The translations under genes were made by a program, and so were the position numbers. From assembly GCA_963666365.2 (NCBI GenBank), contig CAXXNF010000002.1, positions 1,504,001 through 1,568,000 on the forward strand: a DNA stretch of 64,000 nt, read 5' to 3'. The notes beneath the pieces are model-generated. The model ran no database searches. It saw only the letters and a program-made list of their open reading frames with translations, and was not told where the DNA came from. The first letter of the stretch is position 1; every line of letters starts with the position of its first letter. Of this stretch, positions 1 to 9,161 are shown piece after piece. This DNA comes from Syntrophales bacterium. Lineage in GTDB: Bacteria > Desulfobacterota > Syntrophia > Syntrophales > UBA2210.

Positions 1-1490
1 TTTTTCTGATAGTTCAGGTGCCAGGAGAAGGCCTCTTCAAGCAGCATCGGGATGTGACCGCCCGTCTGCGCGACGGCGCGGCGGTGGTAGGCGCGAAGGG
101 CATCGCGGTAGTTCGGGTGTGCGCAGTGCTCGATGATGGTTTCGGCCCGTTCGCAGGGATCGAGCCCCCGCAGATCGGCCAGCCCCTGTTCGGTGACAAG
201 TACATGGACCTCGTGCTCCGTATGGTCGACATGGGTGACCTGGGGCACAATGCAGGATATGGTTCCGTTCTTCGCGGTTGACGGCGTCAGAAAGACGGAC
301 AGATAGGCGTTTCTCGAAAAGTCGCCCGAGCCGCCGATGCCGTTGACGACGGAACTGCCGAACATGTGCGTTGAGTTTACATTACCGTATATGTCGGCCT
401 CAACCGCCGTATTCATCGCCACTACGCCCAGGCGGGCTGCAATTTCGCCGCTGTTGCTGATCTCCTGGGGACGAAGCACTATTTTCCGGCGGTAGACATC
501 TATGTGTTCGTAAAAGCGCCGGAGCCCCTCCGGTGAAAGAGCCAGCGATGTGGCCGATGCGAAGGTGAGCTTTCCCACATCGATTAGATCCAGTATGGCG
601 TCCTGTATCACCTCGGACCAGAGCGTGAGGTCCGTCCAGTCACTTTCGAGTATCCCCTGCATGACCGCATTGGCAATTCCGCCCACACCGGACTGTAGCG
701 GCGGAATGTGTTCGTACATCCGGCCCCGAATATGGCGGTTCATAAAATCGATAAGGTGCACCGCCATTCGTTTCGATGTGTCGTTCACAGGAGCGAGCGG
801 TCTGGTTCTGTCAAGCATATCGGAAGGACAGATCGCAACGATCTTGGCCGGATCGCAGGGAATGGAGATTCGGCCGATCCGCTGCGAAGGATCGGTAATC
901 GGGATGGGAAGCCGCCGGGGAGGAGGTTCCGGACTGTAGATGTCGTGGATGCCGATCATGCCCGGGGGCTGTGCCCCGTTGAGTTCCACGATGACTTGCT
1001 TTGCTTCAGCCACAAGGGTGGCCGAGGCGCCTACCGACGTGGTGGGGACGATACCGCCGTCTTCCATGACCGCCGTCGCTTCGATAACGGCAATGTCCAC
1101 GGGCCCCAGAAAGCCGAAACGAAGCTGCTCCGCCAGTTTTCCCAGGTGGATGTCACAATATTTAATGCGGCCTTCATTGATTTCCCGGTTGATCACGGCG
1201 CCTGTCTGATAGGGGTAGCGCCGCGCAATGGCGCCTACAGAAGCGAGGGCTTCGTCCAGCTCGACCCCGGTCGAGGCGCCGGTGACAAGACCGATCTTGA
1301 GTTTTTCCCCCTCTCTTACGCGTTCCGCCAGGGCCAGGGGAAAGGTTTTTGGATATCCGCAGGAGGTAAATCCGCTGCAGGCCAGCATCATGCCGTCTTC
1401 GACAAGCCGCGCGGCCTCTTTCGCGGTGGTGATTTTCGAGATGAGTTCCCTACAGTAGATACGATCCTTTACCGACACAGCTGCTTCCAT
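1..1490 (-). CDS. Acetyl-CoA hydrolase / succinate CoA-transferase family protein (3' end runs off window)
   Basis: Not in the ORF track because there is no stop in the window. Manual translation from ATG at 1490 gives MEAAVSVKDRIYCRELISKITTAKEAARLVEDGMMLACSGFTSCGYPK; later segments read LQSGVGGIANA, GNVNSTHM, NGIGGSGDF and end AFSWHLNYQK at the window edge. Confidence 0.85.
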   Translation of the reverse strand, partial: MEAAVSVKDRIYCRELISKITTAKEAARLVEDGMMLACSGFTSCGYPKTFPLALAERVREGEKLKIGLVTGASTGVELDEALASVGAIARRYPYQTGAVINREINEGRIKYCDIHLGKLAEQLRFGFLGPVDIAVIEATAVMEDGGIVPTTSVGASATLVAEAKQVIVELNGAQPPGMIGIHDIYSPEPPPRRLPIPITDPSQRIGRISIPCDPAKIVAICPSDMLDRTRPLAPVNDTSKRMAVHLIDFMNRHIRGRMYEHIPPLQSGVGGIANAVMQGILESDWTDLTLWSEVIQDAILDLIDVGKLTFASATSLALSPEGLRRFYEHIDVYRRKIVLRPQEISNSGEIAARLGVVAMNTAVEADIYGNVNSTHMFGSSVVNGIGGSGDFSRNAYLSVFLTPSTAKNGTISCIVPQVTHVDHTEHEVHVLVTEQGLADLRGLDPCERAETIIEHCAHPNYRDALRAYHRRAVAQTGGHIPMLLEEAFSWHLNYQK

Positions 1491-1501
1491 TCCATAGTGT
1501 T

Positions 1502-1623
1502 AAATAGGGACACTTCCCTATTTAATCGTTAGTAGCGTTATGAGCGTTCAGATCGTTACTGTTAAAACGTTCCTAACGTTCTAAACGCTCTCAACGGTTT
1601 TTAAATAGGGAAGTGTCCCTATT
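1502..1623. repeat. REPIN-like element: two inverted copies of hairpin AAATAGGGA-CACT-TCCCTATTT around degenerate 9-bp repeats
   Basis: Unit at 1502-1523 and its reverse complement at 1603-1623. The interior has cgttNNNNN units followed by inverted aacg units. Confidence 0.85.
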
Positions 1624-3961
1624 CATCGAGCACCTTGCGTACCGTCCCTGCCATGTCTTTCAACGAAAAGGGCTTCATGAGGAATTCTCTGATCCCCAAC
1701 TCCTTCGCCTTCTGCTCCGTCACCAGCTCGCTGTACCCGGTACACAGCACGATGGGAATGTCGGACCGAATCTGCAGGATTGCCCTGGAAAGGTCGAGAC
1801 CGGTCAGTCCCGGCATGGTCATGTCGGTCATGACAAGGTCGAATTGCGCCGGTGCGCTCCGAAAGGCATTGAGGGCTTCAATGCTGCTCGACAGCGCAAC
1901 GACACGGTACCCGAGCATTTCAAGCATCTCCCGCCCTATCCCCGCAAGCGCCTCTTCGTCGTCGACAAACATCACCCGCTCGTCGCCCCTGGGAATGGGA
2001 TCAAGCGAAACCGCCTCAGGCCGTCCCTGCGCTTCGACTGCAGGAAGATACACAAAAAATGACGCTCCGGCGCCGGGCGTGCTCTCCACCGTAACGGCGC
2101 CGCCGTACTCCTTCACAATACCGTAGACCACCGACAATCCCAGACCGGTCCCTTCCCCCCGCTCGCCGGTGGTAAAATAGGGATCGAAAATCCGGTCCAG
2201 TATGGCCGGCTCTATGCCCACCCCCGTATCGGCGACGGTAAGTTTGACATAGTCGCCGGGCGCCAGGTCGGTACCGGAAGAAATGGTGTCTGAATGAATT
2301 CCTACATTTTCAAGCGATACGTCAAGCGTCCCTCCCCCCGTTTCACGCATGGCGTGGGCGGCGTTGGTGCAGAGATTCATGAGAATCTGGTGTATCTGCG
2401 TCGGATCGGCGACTACCGTCTTTACCTTTGATTCTATGCGGGACGTAATTTCAATGGTCGTGGGGAGTGTGCCCCGCAACAGGCGCAGGGCCTCTTTCAC
2501 AAGCGCCTTGATGTTGACTGTCTTGACCTCGAGATCGGTCTTCCGGCTGAAGGCAAGTATCTGGCTCACCATGTTCGAGGCGCGGGTGCTGGCCTGGAGA
2601 ATACTCTCCATGTAGGGCAGGAGTTCCGGCTGGTGCAGTTTTCGCTTTGTAATTTCCGCATAGCCGATTATTCCGGCAAGTATATTATTGAAATCATGCG
2701 CAATGCCTCCGGCAAGGGTGCCGATGGCTTCCAGCTTCTGTGTCTGGGCAAGGCTGGATTCGAAACGTTTGCGGTCGGTAATGTCGCGAACCGATTGGAC
2801 GGCGCCGACGATATTCCCTTCACTGTCATAAAAGGGGGCCGCCTTTCCCCATAGGGTGCGCTTCTCTCCCTTGAGCGTTACTTCGGCCTCGATGAGCAGT
2901 ATGTCATCGGCCCTCGTGAATGTAAGGTATTGCTGCTCGATCTCTTCGCTGGGCTCGATAACGAGATCGATAAGCAGCGGGCGCCTGGCGCCGTAGAAGG
3001 GAATTGCGTATTCATAGTTTCCCTTCCCCTGCATGGCGCGGGCCGGAATACCGGTCATTTCCTCCATGGCCCGATTCCAGGCGATCACCCTATGGTCGCC
3101 GTCAATGGCGAATGTCGCATCGGGAAGAAAATTGATGATATCGAAAAGCCGTTTTTCAGAATCGCGAAGGTTCTGCTCCGCTTGTGCACGCTTCGTAATA
3201 TCGGATGAAAAGACGGCGATTCTTGCAACCGTGCCTGCCTCGTCACGGACAGGGTAGAGATGATGTTCGAAATGTCTCCCGTTCCGTGTATCCCTGTAAT
3301 GCACAGTTTTACCCGTACGCACGGCCTTGAAGAACTGATATTCTCTTACTTCATTGAGTTCACGAGTAAAATGGGTGCTGAGAGGTTTGCCGATAATATC
3401 ATCCACGGATTTGCCTACCCGCCGTGCCAGTGTTTCATTTACCACGAGCACCCGCCCCTCCCGGTCCATCAGAATCAGGGCCTCCGAGGTCGCATTGATG
3501 AGCGAATGCAGCGCCTCTTCGCTGCGCTGCAGGGCCTCTTCCATGTCCCTCTGCTCGGTGATGTCGGTCAGAAAGATAAGGGTCGCCGGTCTTCCCTTCC
3601 ACTGGATCATGGCGGCATTGACCTCCCCCCATCTGACGTTCCCCTGCTTGTCGATGATCCGGTGGGCATAGATGTTGGGAAATTCTTCGCCTCGCAGTCG
3701 TCTGCGATGTTTATCAAGCACCGCTTCTCTGTCATCGTGATGAAGAAACTCCGCAAAAGGCCGCCCTAGAAGCTCCTCCCGCGTATAGCCGCTGAAGGCC
3801 TCCGTCCGGGGATTCAAAAAGACGAATCTGCCGTCCTGGATCACATAGATCGCCTCGTGCGCCTTTTCAAAGACAAGACGATACTGATCTTCAAGGCCAT
3901 CCACAGGAGGCTGCGCGTTTTTTGCTGCATCGTCCGCCGTCATGACGTCACCTGCAACCAC
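1619..3961 (-). CDS. Hybrid sensor histidine kinase (3 PAS + HisKA + HATPase + receiver)
   Basis: H-box GGIAHDFNNIL, NLCTNAAHAM, DTGVG, GTGLGL, and a C-terminal receiver (FVDDE, DMTMP, KPF). Start may be 3943. Confidence 0.93.
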   Translation of the reverse strand: MVAGDVMTADDAAKNAQPPVDGLEDQYRLVFEKAHEAIYVIQDGRFVFLNPRTEAFSGYTREELLGRPFAEFLHHDDREAVLDKHRRRLRGEEFPNIYAHRIIDKQGNVRWGEVNAAMIQWKGRPATLIFLTDITEQRDMEEALQRSEEALHSLINATSEALILMDREGRVLVVNETLARRVGKSVDDIIGKPLSTHFTRELNEVREYQFFKAVRTGKTVHYRDTRNGRHFEHHLYPVRDEAGTVARIAVFSSDITKRAQAEQNLRDSEKRLFDIINFLPDATFAIDGDHRVIAWNRAMEEMTGIPARAMQGKGNYEYAIPFYGARRPLLIDLVIEPSEEIEQQYLTFTRADDILLIEAEVTLKGEKRTLWGKAAPFYDSEGNIVGAVQSVRDITDRKRFESSLAQTQKLEAIGTLAGGIAHDFNNILAGIIGYAEITKRKLHQPELLPYMESILQASTRASNMVSQILAFSRKTDLEVKTVNIKALVKEALRLLRGTLPTTIEITSRIESKVKTVVADPTQIHQILMNLCTNAAHAMRETGGGTLDVSLENVGIHSDTISSGTDLAPGDYVKLTVADTGVGIEPAILDRIFDPYFTTGERGEGTGLGLSVVYGIVKEYGGAVTVESTPGAGASFFVYLPAVEAQGRPEAVSLDPIPRGDERVMFVDDEEALAGIGREMLEMLGYRVVALSSSIEALNAFRSAPAQFDLVMTDMTMPGLTGLDLSRAILQIRSDIPIVLCTGYSELVTEQKAKELGIREFLMKPFSLKDMAGTVRKVLDE

Positions 3962-4127
3962 TCCTAAATACTATAAAATTTTTCACCTTGTTCCCTGACG
4001 TATATTTTTAAGGGACTCACGAGGCACACCCGACCATCAAGACCTCTTACAGTTTCATCATCTTCAGGTCGGCTCGCATCCTCTTACATTGGCCATGTAG
4101 AGATTATGTATGCCACATAAGGAAGAT

Positions 4128-5015
4128 TCACGCAAGAACGAGTTTCTGCTCCTCTTGAAGCTCTTCCAGCAATCTTATCGCCTGTTGATTTTCCGGGTCG
4201 AGGGACAGAATAAATTCAAGACGGGCCTTGATGTCTCCGTGTGCGATATTCGATGTACCCGATTTCCAGAGGGAATGGTGCAACCGGGCAAGATTGAGAT
4301 TCGCTTCCTTCTGAAATGGATTCAGCTCCACGCTCCGGTTCCAGGCGGAACGCGCCCTTTCCATATCCTTCATCTCTTCATAGAGCGATCCCACATTATT
4401 CCAGGCGTCGCTGTTATCGGGCACGAGTTCCAGAAAACGCTCGAGCATTTCCCGTGCGTCCTCATAATTCCCGACCTGAATACACAAATTGCCCAGATTA
4501 AAGAGGGCCTTGCGGTGACAGGGGTCACGATCGAGCACATCCCGATAGATGCGCATCGCCTCGTCAAACATGTCATGGCGGTCATAGCAGAGGGCCAGGC
4601 AAAAGCGCGCACGCACCCCGGTGCGATCGAAGAGTGCCGCATTTTCATACTCTATGATCGCACCGAAATAATCGCCCTCGCGCTCCCGGATATGGGCAAG
4701 GTTGATCATCGCCTCCGCATTCGCCGGATCAAGACGAAGCGCCCGCTGATAGAGCGCGCGGGCGCCGGCCAGACGGCCCATTCTTTCATAGAGGTATCCC
4801 AGATTGTTGCAGGCTTCCGGATTTTCCGATTCCAGATCGACCACCCGGGCAAAACACTTTTCGGCTTCACGGTAACACTCTTTCTCCATATAGGAAAACC
4901 CGATGTTGACATATCCTTTGGCGCCGCAGCTTCCCCCAGCGGCCTGGAGGTCGCTGCGAACACGCCGACTCGTCGATTCCCGGTCCTTCCTTTTCATGCG
5001 GGCCTCTCCCTTCAT
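4128..5015 (-). CDS. Tetratricopeptide-repeat protein
   Basis: Several TPR-type repeats (ACNNLGYLY, AMINLA, ALFNLG, AWNNVG). Confidence 0.85.
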   Translation of the reverse strand: MKGEARMKRKDRESTSRRVRSDLQAAGGSCGAKGYVNIGFSYMEKECYREAEKCFARVVDLESENPEACNNLGYLYERMGRLAGARALYQRALRLDPANAEAMINLAHIREREGDYFGAIIEYENAALFDRTGVRARFCLALCYDRHDMFDEAMRIYRDVLDRDPCHRKALFNLGNLCIQVGNYEDAREMLERFLELVPDNSDAWNNVGSLYEEMKDMERARSAWNRSVELNPFQKEANLNLARLHHSLWKSGTSNIAHGDIKARLEFILSLDPENQQAIRLLEELQEEQKLVLA

Positions 5016-6263
5016 CTATGCGGGAACTGTATGTATTTCACGGTCGAACCGCTTCAGAACCACATCCCTGATCTCACCCCATATCGATACGGGATCGATG
5101 GCGTAGGAACCTGTAATCTGCGGATGCTTCTTGAGGGTCTCGGCAGCCAGCACCCCGGCCATCCTCGATCTGTTCTCCCGCGTGGCCGCCAGGGCCTGCC
5201 GTATCAGATGATCGGGCAGATCGATGGTAATGCGGTACTCACCGACCTTGATCTCTTCAACAGATGCTTTTTCGACGGCCTCGGCCGCTTTCTTCTCTTT
5301 CGTTCTTTCGGCGGAAACCTGCGCCCGCACTTCGGGGTCCTTTCCCTGCATCGCGTCCCCGCGACGCCCCTCGCCGGCGGTTTCGATCTTTTCGGGCCGG
5401 GTTCGTCCTCCCCGCGGTCTGCGCTTCCGGATGACGGGACCGGTCAATTTCTGGAAGCGGCTGCCGACATGATCGACAACCTCGCCGTTGATCCGGTCGA
5501 ACTCATTCGTCTCCCCCGCTTTCAGGCAGAGTTTCGCCATTTTGTTGATAAGGCGGGGCGTGCCTCGATTGGAATACTCCCAGATTCCTTCGATCGCATC
5601 GTCGGTAAATATGCCCTTTGACGCGCCTGCCAGTGCCAGCCGTGTTTCAATGTATGTTTTGACCACCTCCCGCGACTCCAGTCTGTCGATTCTGCTGTAG
5701 GTGCCCACGCGCTGAAAAAGGTTGGCCCGTTTCGGGTGTTCCAGCCTGCGGGCAAATTCAATCTGACCGGCCAGCACAATGGTAAACAGGTTTCGCTTGT
5801 CCCCCTGCAGATTGGTAAGCAAACGAAGATTTTCAAGATTGGAAGGAGAAATGGCGTTTGCTTCGTCAATAAAAATAAGCGCCTTTTTGCCTTCTCTGTA
5901 TGTGGAAACCAGGAGATTGTTGAATGTCTCAAGCAGTGTTACCTTGCGCTTTTCATCACACTGCCTGTTCGTAAGTTGCCCGATGATTTCCTGGAGAATC
6001 TGGACGAAAGTAATGCTGGGATTGGTGATCAGCACAATTTTGTATTTGCTCTGGTCCAGAGAATCGATGATCATACGGAGTGAAAGTGTCTTCCCCAGTC
6101 CGACATCACCAATTATGACGGCGATGCATTCGTCCCCTTCCTCTATGGCATAGCAGGTTTCCGCAATGGCATTTTCCATGGAACTGTGACAGTCTACATA
6201 CATGGACGGGTCGGGTACGTTATCAAAGGGTGGTTTCTCTAGACCCCAATATTCGTAATACAT
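5016..6263 (-). CDS. ExeA/GspA/MshM-family AAA+ ATPase with unrecognised C-terminal domain
   Basis: Start MYYEYWGLEKPPFDNVPDP after a GGAGG RBS. Walker A GDVGLGKT, Walker B IFIDEA, VLAGQ, GTPRLINK. Confidence 0.88.
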   Translation of the reverse strand: MYYEYWGLEKPPFDNVPDPSMYVDCHSSMENAIAETCYAIEEGDECIAVIIGDVGLGKTLSLRMIIDSLDQSKYKIVLITNPSITFVQILQEIIGQLTNRQCDEKRKVTLLETFNNLLVSTYREGKKALIFIDEANAISPSNLENLRLLTNLQGDKRNLFTIVLAGQIEFARRLEHPKRANLFQRVGTYSRIDRLESREVVKTYIETRLALAGASKGIFTDDAIEGIWEYSNRGTPRLINKMAKLCLKAGETNEFDRINGEVVDHVGSRFQKLTGPVIRKRRPRGGRTRPEKIETAGEGRRGDAMQGKDPEVRAQVSAERTKEKKAAEAVEKASVEEIKVGEYRITIDLPDHLIRQALAATRENRSRMAGVLAAETLKKHPQITGSYAIDPVSIWGEIRDVVLKRFDREIHTVPA

Positions 6264-6333
6264 GACATCTACCTCCTTTTCTTTTTCGTTGTGCAGTCGG
6301 CTATTCCGGCAGGATCCTGATCTTTGCGGGACT

Positions 6334-6870
6334 TCAGGAGGTCTCACCGGGTACATTGCAGCTTTTCTCCAGATACGAAAAAATGTCATCGAGCATGTAC
6401 CGTCTGGCCCTTCCGATCTTGTAGCTCGGCAATTCCCCTCTTCCGACCAGACGGTTCAGCAGACTTTTGCTGATGCCAAGCATATGCGCCACCTCTCGGG
6501 GCCGTAACATGCGCAGGGGGGGAATTGCCTCGAACTGCAGCTTCAACACAACCGGCCTGTTCCCCGGTCCGGTCCCCTCAAGCCTTTGCACTCCCTCCGC
6601 AACCTCCTTAACATGGTGATTCGACCAGAGGGCCCTCGTTTGCCCTTCCGTCAGCGCAAGGGTGACACTCTGCGCGTTCCTGTTGTGCGCCTTCCCTGAT
6701 ACAGTGCCCCCATCGACGCCGCTCCATCCCCCCGTGCGTTCTCTCAGTGAGGAGGAACGATGCGCCTCGCGGCTGTCCCCGCCTCCGGAACCTTCCTGGC
6801 GGCGCTCCCCGGTCACTTCAATGGGACGGGTCAGATGTTTTCGTAACTTGACAATAGAGATTTTCTCCAT
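6334..6870 (-). CDS. Protein with C-terminal excisionase-like (HTH_17/MerR-type) DNA-binding domain
   Basis: AGGAGG RBS before ATG 6870. C-terminus MLRPREVAHMLGISKSLLNRLVGRGELPSYKIGRARRY. Confidence 0.8.
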   Translation of the reverse strand: MEKISIVKLRKHLTRPIEVTGERRQEGSGGGDSREAHRSSSLRERTGGWSGVDGGTVSGKAHNRNAQSVTLALTEGQTRALWSNHHVKEVAEGVQRLEGTGPGNRPVVLKLQFEAIPPLRMLRPREVAHMLGISKSLLNRLVGRGELPSYKIGRARRYMLDDIFSYLEKSCNVPGETS

Positions 6871-7096
6871 AATTCCTCCTTTTCCTTGCCCGGCGCCGCG
6901 CCGTCGCTCCCACAGCCTGTGATGTACCGGCACACTGCAGTGGACAGTATCAGTGAAACACTATGACGGCGGCGCCGTGTATGCCCGTCGCGGAATATTA
7001 CTCCCGCACCGGTCCCACTGGGCAGAAAACAGCAAATCATGCTTTGTGATGGTAATATAAAAGGAATACTCAGAAACTACATTGAGGCTTGAAAAA

Positions 7097-7180
7097 CTTC
7101 GGTAACCTGGCGATCGCCCTTCACGGGGACCCATGGCTTTGCGTCCTGCCCTCTCAGACAGTTTGCCTTTGTCGGTTTTC
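7097..7180 (-). ncRNA. Cyclic di-GMP class I (GEMM) riboswitch aptamer
   Basis: Minus strand reads CCGACAAAGGCAAACTGTCTGAGAGGGCAGGACGCAAAGCCATGGGTCCCCGTGAAGGGCGATCGCCAGGTTACCGAAG. This matches the GEMM-I hallmarks GGCAAAC, a GNRA-capped P2, GACGCAAAGC and GGTTACCGA. Confidence 0.88.
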
Positions 7181-7214
7181 AAAGAACCCTGTTATGGGCG
7201 CTGATAATGGTTCC

Positions 7215-7243
7215 TTTATATACTGACAGGTTCTCGATGTCAA
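7215..7243 (-). promoter_or_regulatory. Sigma70-type promoter upstream of the riboswitch
   Basis: TTGACA (7243-7238), 17-bp spacer, TATAAA (7220-7215). Confidence 0.65.
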
Positions 7244-7410
7244 GCCTCTTTGGTGTAATATCACTCACACCTGCACCCCATGCCGCGTTGACGCCGCAGG
7301 ATAAATGTATTGACAGTATGGCGTATTCCCTGTAGGTGCAATGGCAGGTACACTGAACGGCGCTTTTCCATCAGCCTCAAATATGCGGCAATTTCAGGAG
7401 ATTCGGTTTC

Positions 7411-8001
7411 ATGGAAACATCATCCCTTTTTGATGCGGAGCTTTTCAGATGGATCGGGATACCGGTTCTGATTTTTTTCGCCCGCGTAGTCGATGTTTCG
7501 TTAGGCACACTCCGCATCATTTACATCTCGCGGGGGATGAAGGTGCTGGCACCTCTCTTCGGTTTTTGCGAAATTCTTATCTGGCTGATTGCCATAGGGC
7601 AGATCATGCAGAACCTGACCAGCATCTCCTACTACCTCGCCTATGCATTCGGGTTTGCGTCGGGTAATTTCGTAGGCATTTTCATTGAAGAACGGCTTGC
7701 CGTGGGAAAGGTCGTGCTTCGCATTATTACCCAGAGGGATGCGACGGAACTTATCAGGGAGCTTCGTGCAAAAGGATACGGCGTTACCGTCGTCGATGCC
7801 TGGGGTTCCACGGGACCGGTGAAATTGATTTTTACTGTCATCAGCAGAACAGATGTGGAAGATGCCGTTGCATTAGTGCAGCATTTCAATCCGCGCGCCT
7901 TTTTTTCCGTGGAGGATGTAAGGCTTGCCCGTGAAGGCATCTTTCCTCCACACCGGATATCGACGCTGCAACGACTGAGATTTACACGAAAAGGAAAATG
8001 A
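7411..8001 (+). CDS. DUF2179/DUF5698 (UPF0316-like) membrane protein
   Basis: IFFARVVDVSLGTLRII, hydrophobic N-terminal half, GYGVT, and a C-terminal PRAFFSVEDVR. Confidence 0.85.
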   Translation: METSSLFDAELFRWIGIPVLIFFARVVDVSLGTLRIIYISRGMKVLAPLFGFCEILIWLIAIGQIMQNLTSISYYLAYAFGFASGNFVGIFIEERLAVGKVVLRIITQRDATELIRELRAKGYGVTVVDAWGSTGPVKLIFTVISRTDVEDAVALVQHFNPRAFFSVEDVRLAREGIFPPHRISTLQRLRFTRKGK

Positions 8002-8073
8002 ACACGTCGCTTGATTCCGCCGATGCCTGTCACCTTTCATGACAAGGCACGCGGCAGATGACTGTCAGTCAGG

Positions 8074-8200
8074 GAATCCACAGCGCTGTGAATACCTCTG
8101 TTGACAACGCTGTGGAAAGGAAGGGTAACCAGTAGAACTCTCAGGCAATATTAACGGATTGCCCACAGATTAGGCAAGATATTATATAATATAAACAAAT
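8074..8200. promoter_or_regulatory. Cluster of degenerate DnaA-box-like sites with AT-rich tract
   Basis: GAATCCACA (8074), TGTGAATAC (8087), TGTTGACAA (8099), TGTGGAAAG (8111), TTGCCCACA (8159), then ATATATTATAATATAAACAAAT. Confidence 0.4.
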
Positions 8201-8202
8201 AG

Positions 8203-9036
8203 TTAGAGTTTTTTAACTTGATTTCGGGAGGATAGGCGGCTTTCCCTGCCCCCCCTTTTTGCGGGGTCTTCATCCCTTCTTCCCGTCCCTGCAATATAAT
8301 CCACAAAGGCGTCTTCATCACCGGCTTCGATCAGTTTTTTCATCCGGGAAAGCACCCTTTCATAGAGTGCCGCCATTTCTCCTATATAGGGATTTTTCAT
8401 CACTATCTCGGCATGAAGCCGGGGATTTTCCTTCACGACTCTCTCGATAATTGAACACTTCAATTCAAAAAGCGGCGTCGAGTAATTGCGAAGTTCCTCA
8501 GGCGTGATTCCCGTTTCGGAGAGTACCGCGCTCATCGTCATGGTGTTCAGGTGGTTCAGACCCTGCACAATTGACATCATTTTATCGTGCCGCTCCGGCG
8601 TTGTTTCAATTACGGCGGCCCCTTCAGCGGCAAAGAGTGTTCGCGGCCACTCGTTCCATCTGAAAATGCGGGCCGGGCAGAGTACTATGTGAAGTCCCTT
8701 TATCGACTCGACGGAAGGTCCGAAAAGGGGGTGGCTTCCGAGCACCTCGGCCTTTGTCGATGCACACATCCACTTCACCGGTTCTTCTTTCAGGGAGGTG
8801 ACGTCCATCAGCAGCGCCCTTTCATCCAGAAGCGGCCCCACCTCTTCGATCACCCTGCGTGTTGCGTGAATGGGAACGGCCACCACCACGACGGCACATC
8901 CCGCAACTGCCGACTCTATGCTGTCCCCCCTGTCGATCACGCGAACGGTATGGCCGCAGCCTTCAAAAAAACGGACGCACCAGGCGCCCATGCCTCCGGC
9001 GCCGCCTATCACGCCGATGCGGAAATCAGTCATCAT
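8203..9036 (-). CDS. tyrA: Prephenate/arogenate dehydrogenase
   Basis: Rossmann motif IGGAGGMG, DVTSLK, HPLFGP, HDKMMSIVQGLNH. Confidence 0.9.
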   Translation of the reverse strand: MMTDFRIGVIGGAGGMGAWCVRFFEGCGHTVRVIDRGDSIESAVAGCAVVVVAVPIHATRRVIEEVGPLLDERALLMDVTSLKEEPVKWMCASTKAEVLGSHPLFGPSVESIKGLHIVLCPARIFRWNEWPRTLFAAEGAAVIETTPERHDKMMSIVQGLNHLNTMTMSAVLSETGITPEELRNYSTPLFELKCSIIERVVKENPRLHAEIVMKNPYIGEMAALYERVLSRMKKLIEAGDEDAFVDYIAGTGRRDEDPAKRGGRESRLSSRNQVKKL

Positions 9037-9050
9037 AAAAACCTCTCCCG

Positions 9051-9161
9051 GGGACACTTCCCTATTTTTCCTGTACCTGACGCTATAGATAATTTTTATC
9101 TTTTTTTCAAATATTCTGAGGCCTCTGCACCTGTTGCCCTGTAAAAAATAGGGAAGTGTCC
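9051..9161. repeat. REPIN-like element (GGGACACTTCCCTATTTTT ... AAAAATAGGGAAGTGTCC)
   Basis: Inverted copies at 9051-9068 and 9144-9161. Overlaps the 3' end of trpF. Confidence 0.85.

Noticed and set aside
4110..5621. 503-aa plus-strand ORF and other long antisense ORFs (708-1532, 10404-11372, 17021-17905, 20654-21589, 45005-45895, 51870-52658)
   Set aside because: Shadow frames opposite genes with clear family motifs; no recognisable domains.
6334..6870. Excisionase-like gene as a sign of a prophage or ICE
   Set aside because: No integrase, att site, tRNA or phage genes nearby.
7097..7180. cGAMP-sensing riboswitch variant
   Set aside because: By manual alignment the discriminating position is G, not A. 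Not tested experimentally.
8074..8200. Chromosomal oriC
   Set aside because: No perfect DnaA box, short region, and no dnaA/dnaN/gidA context.
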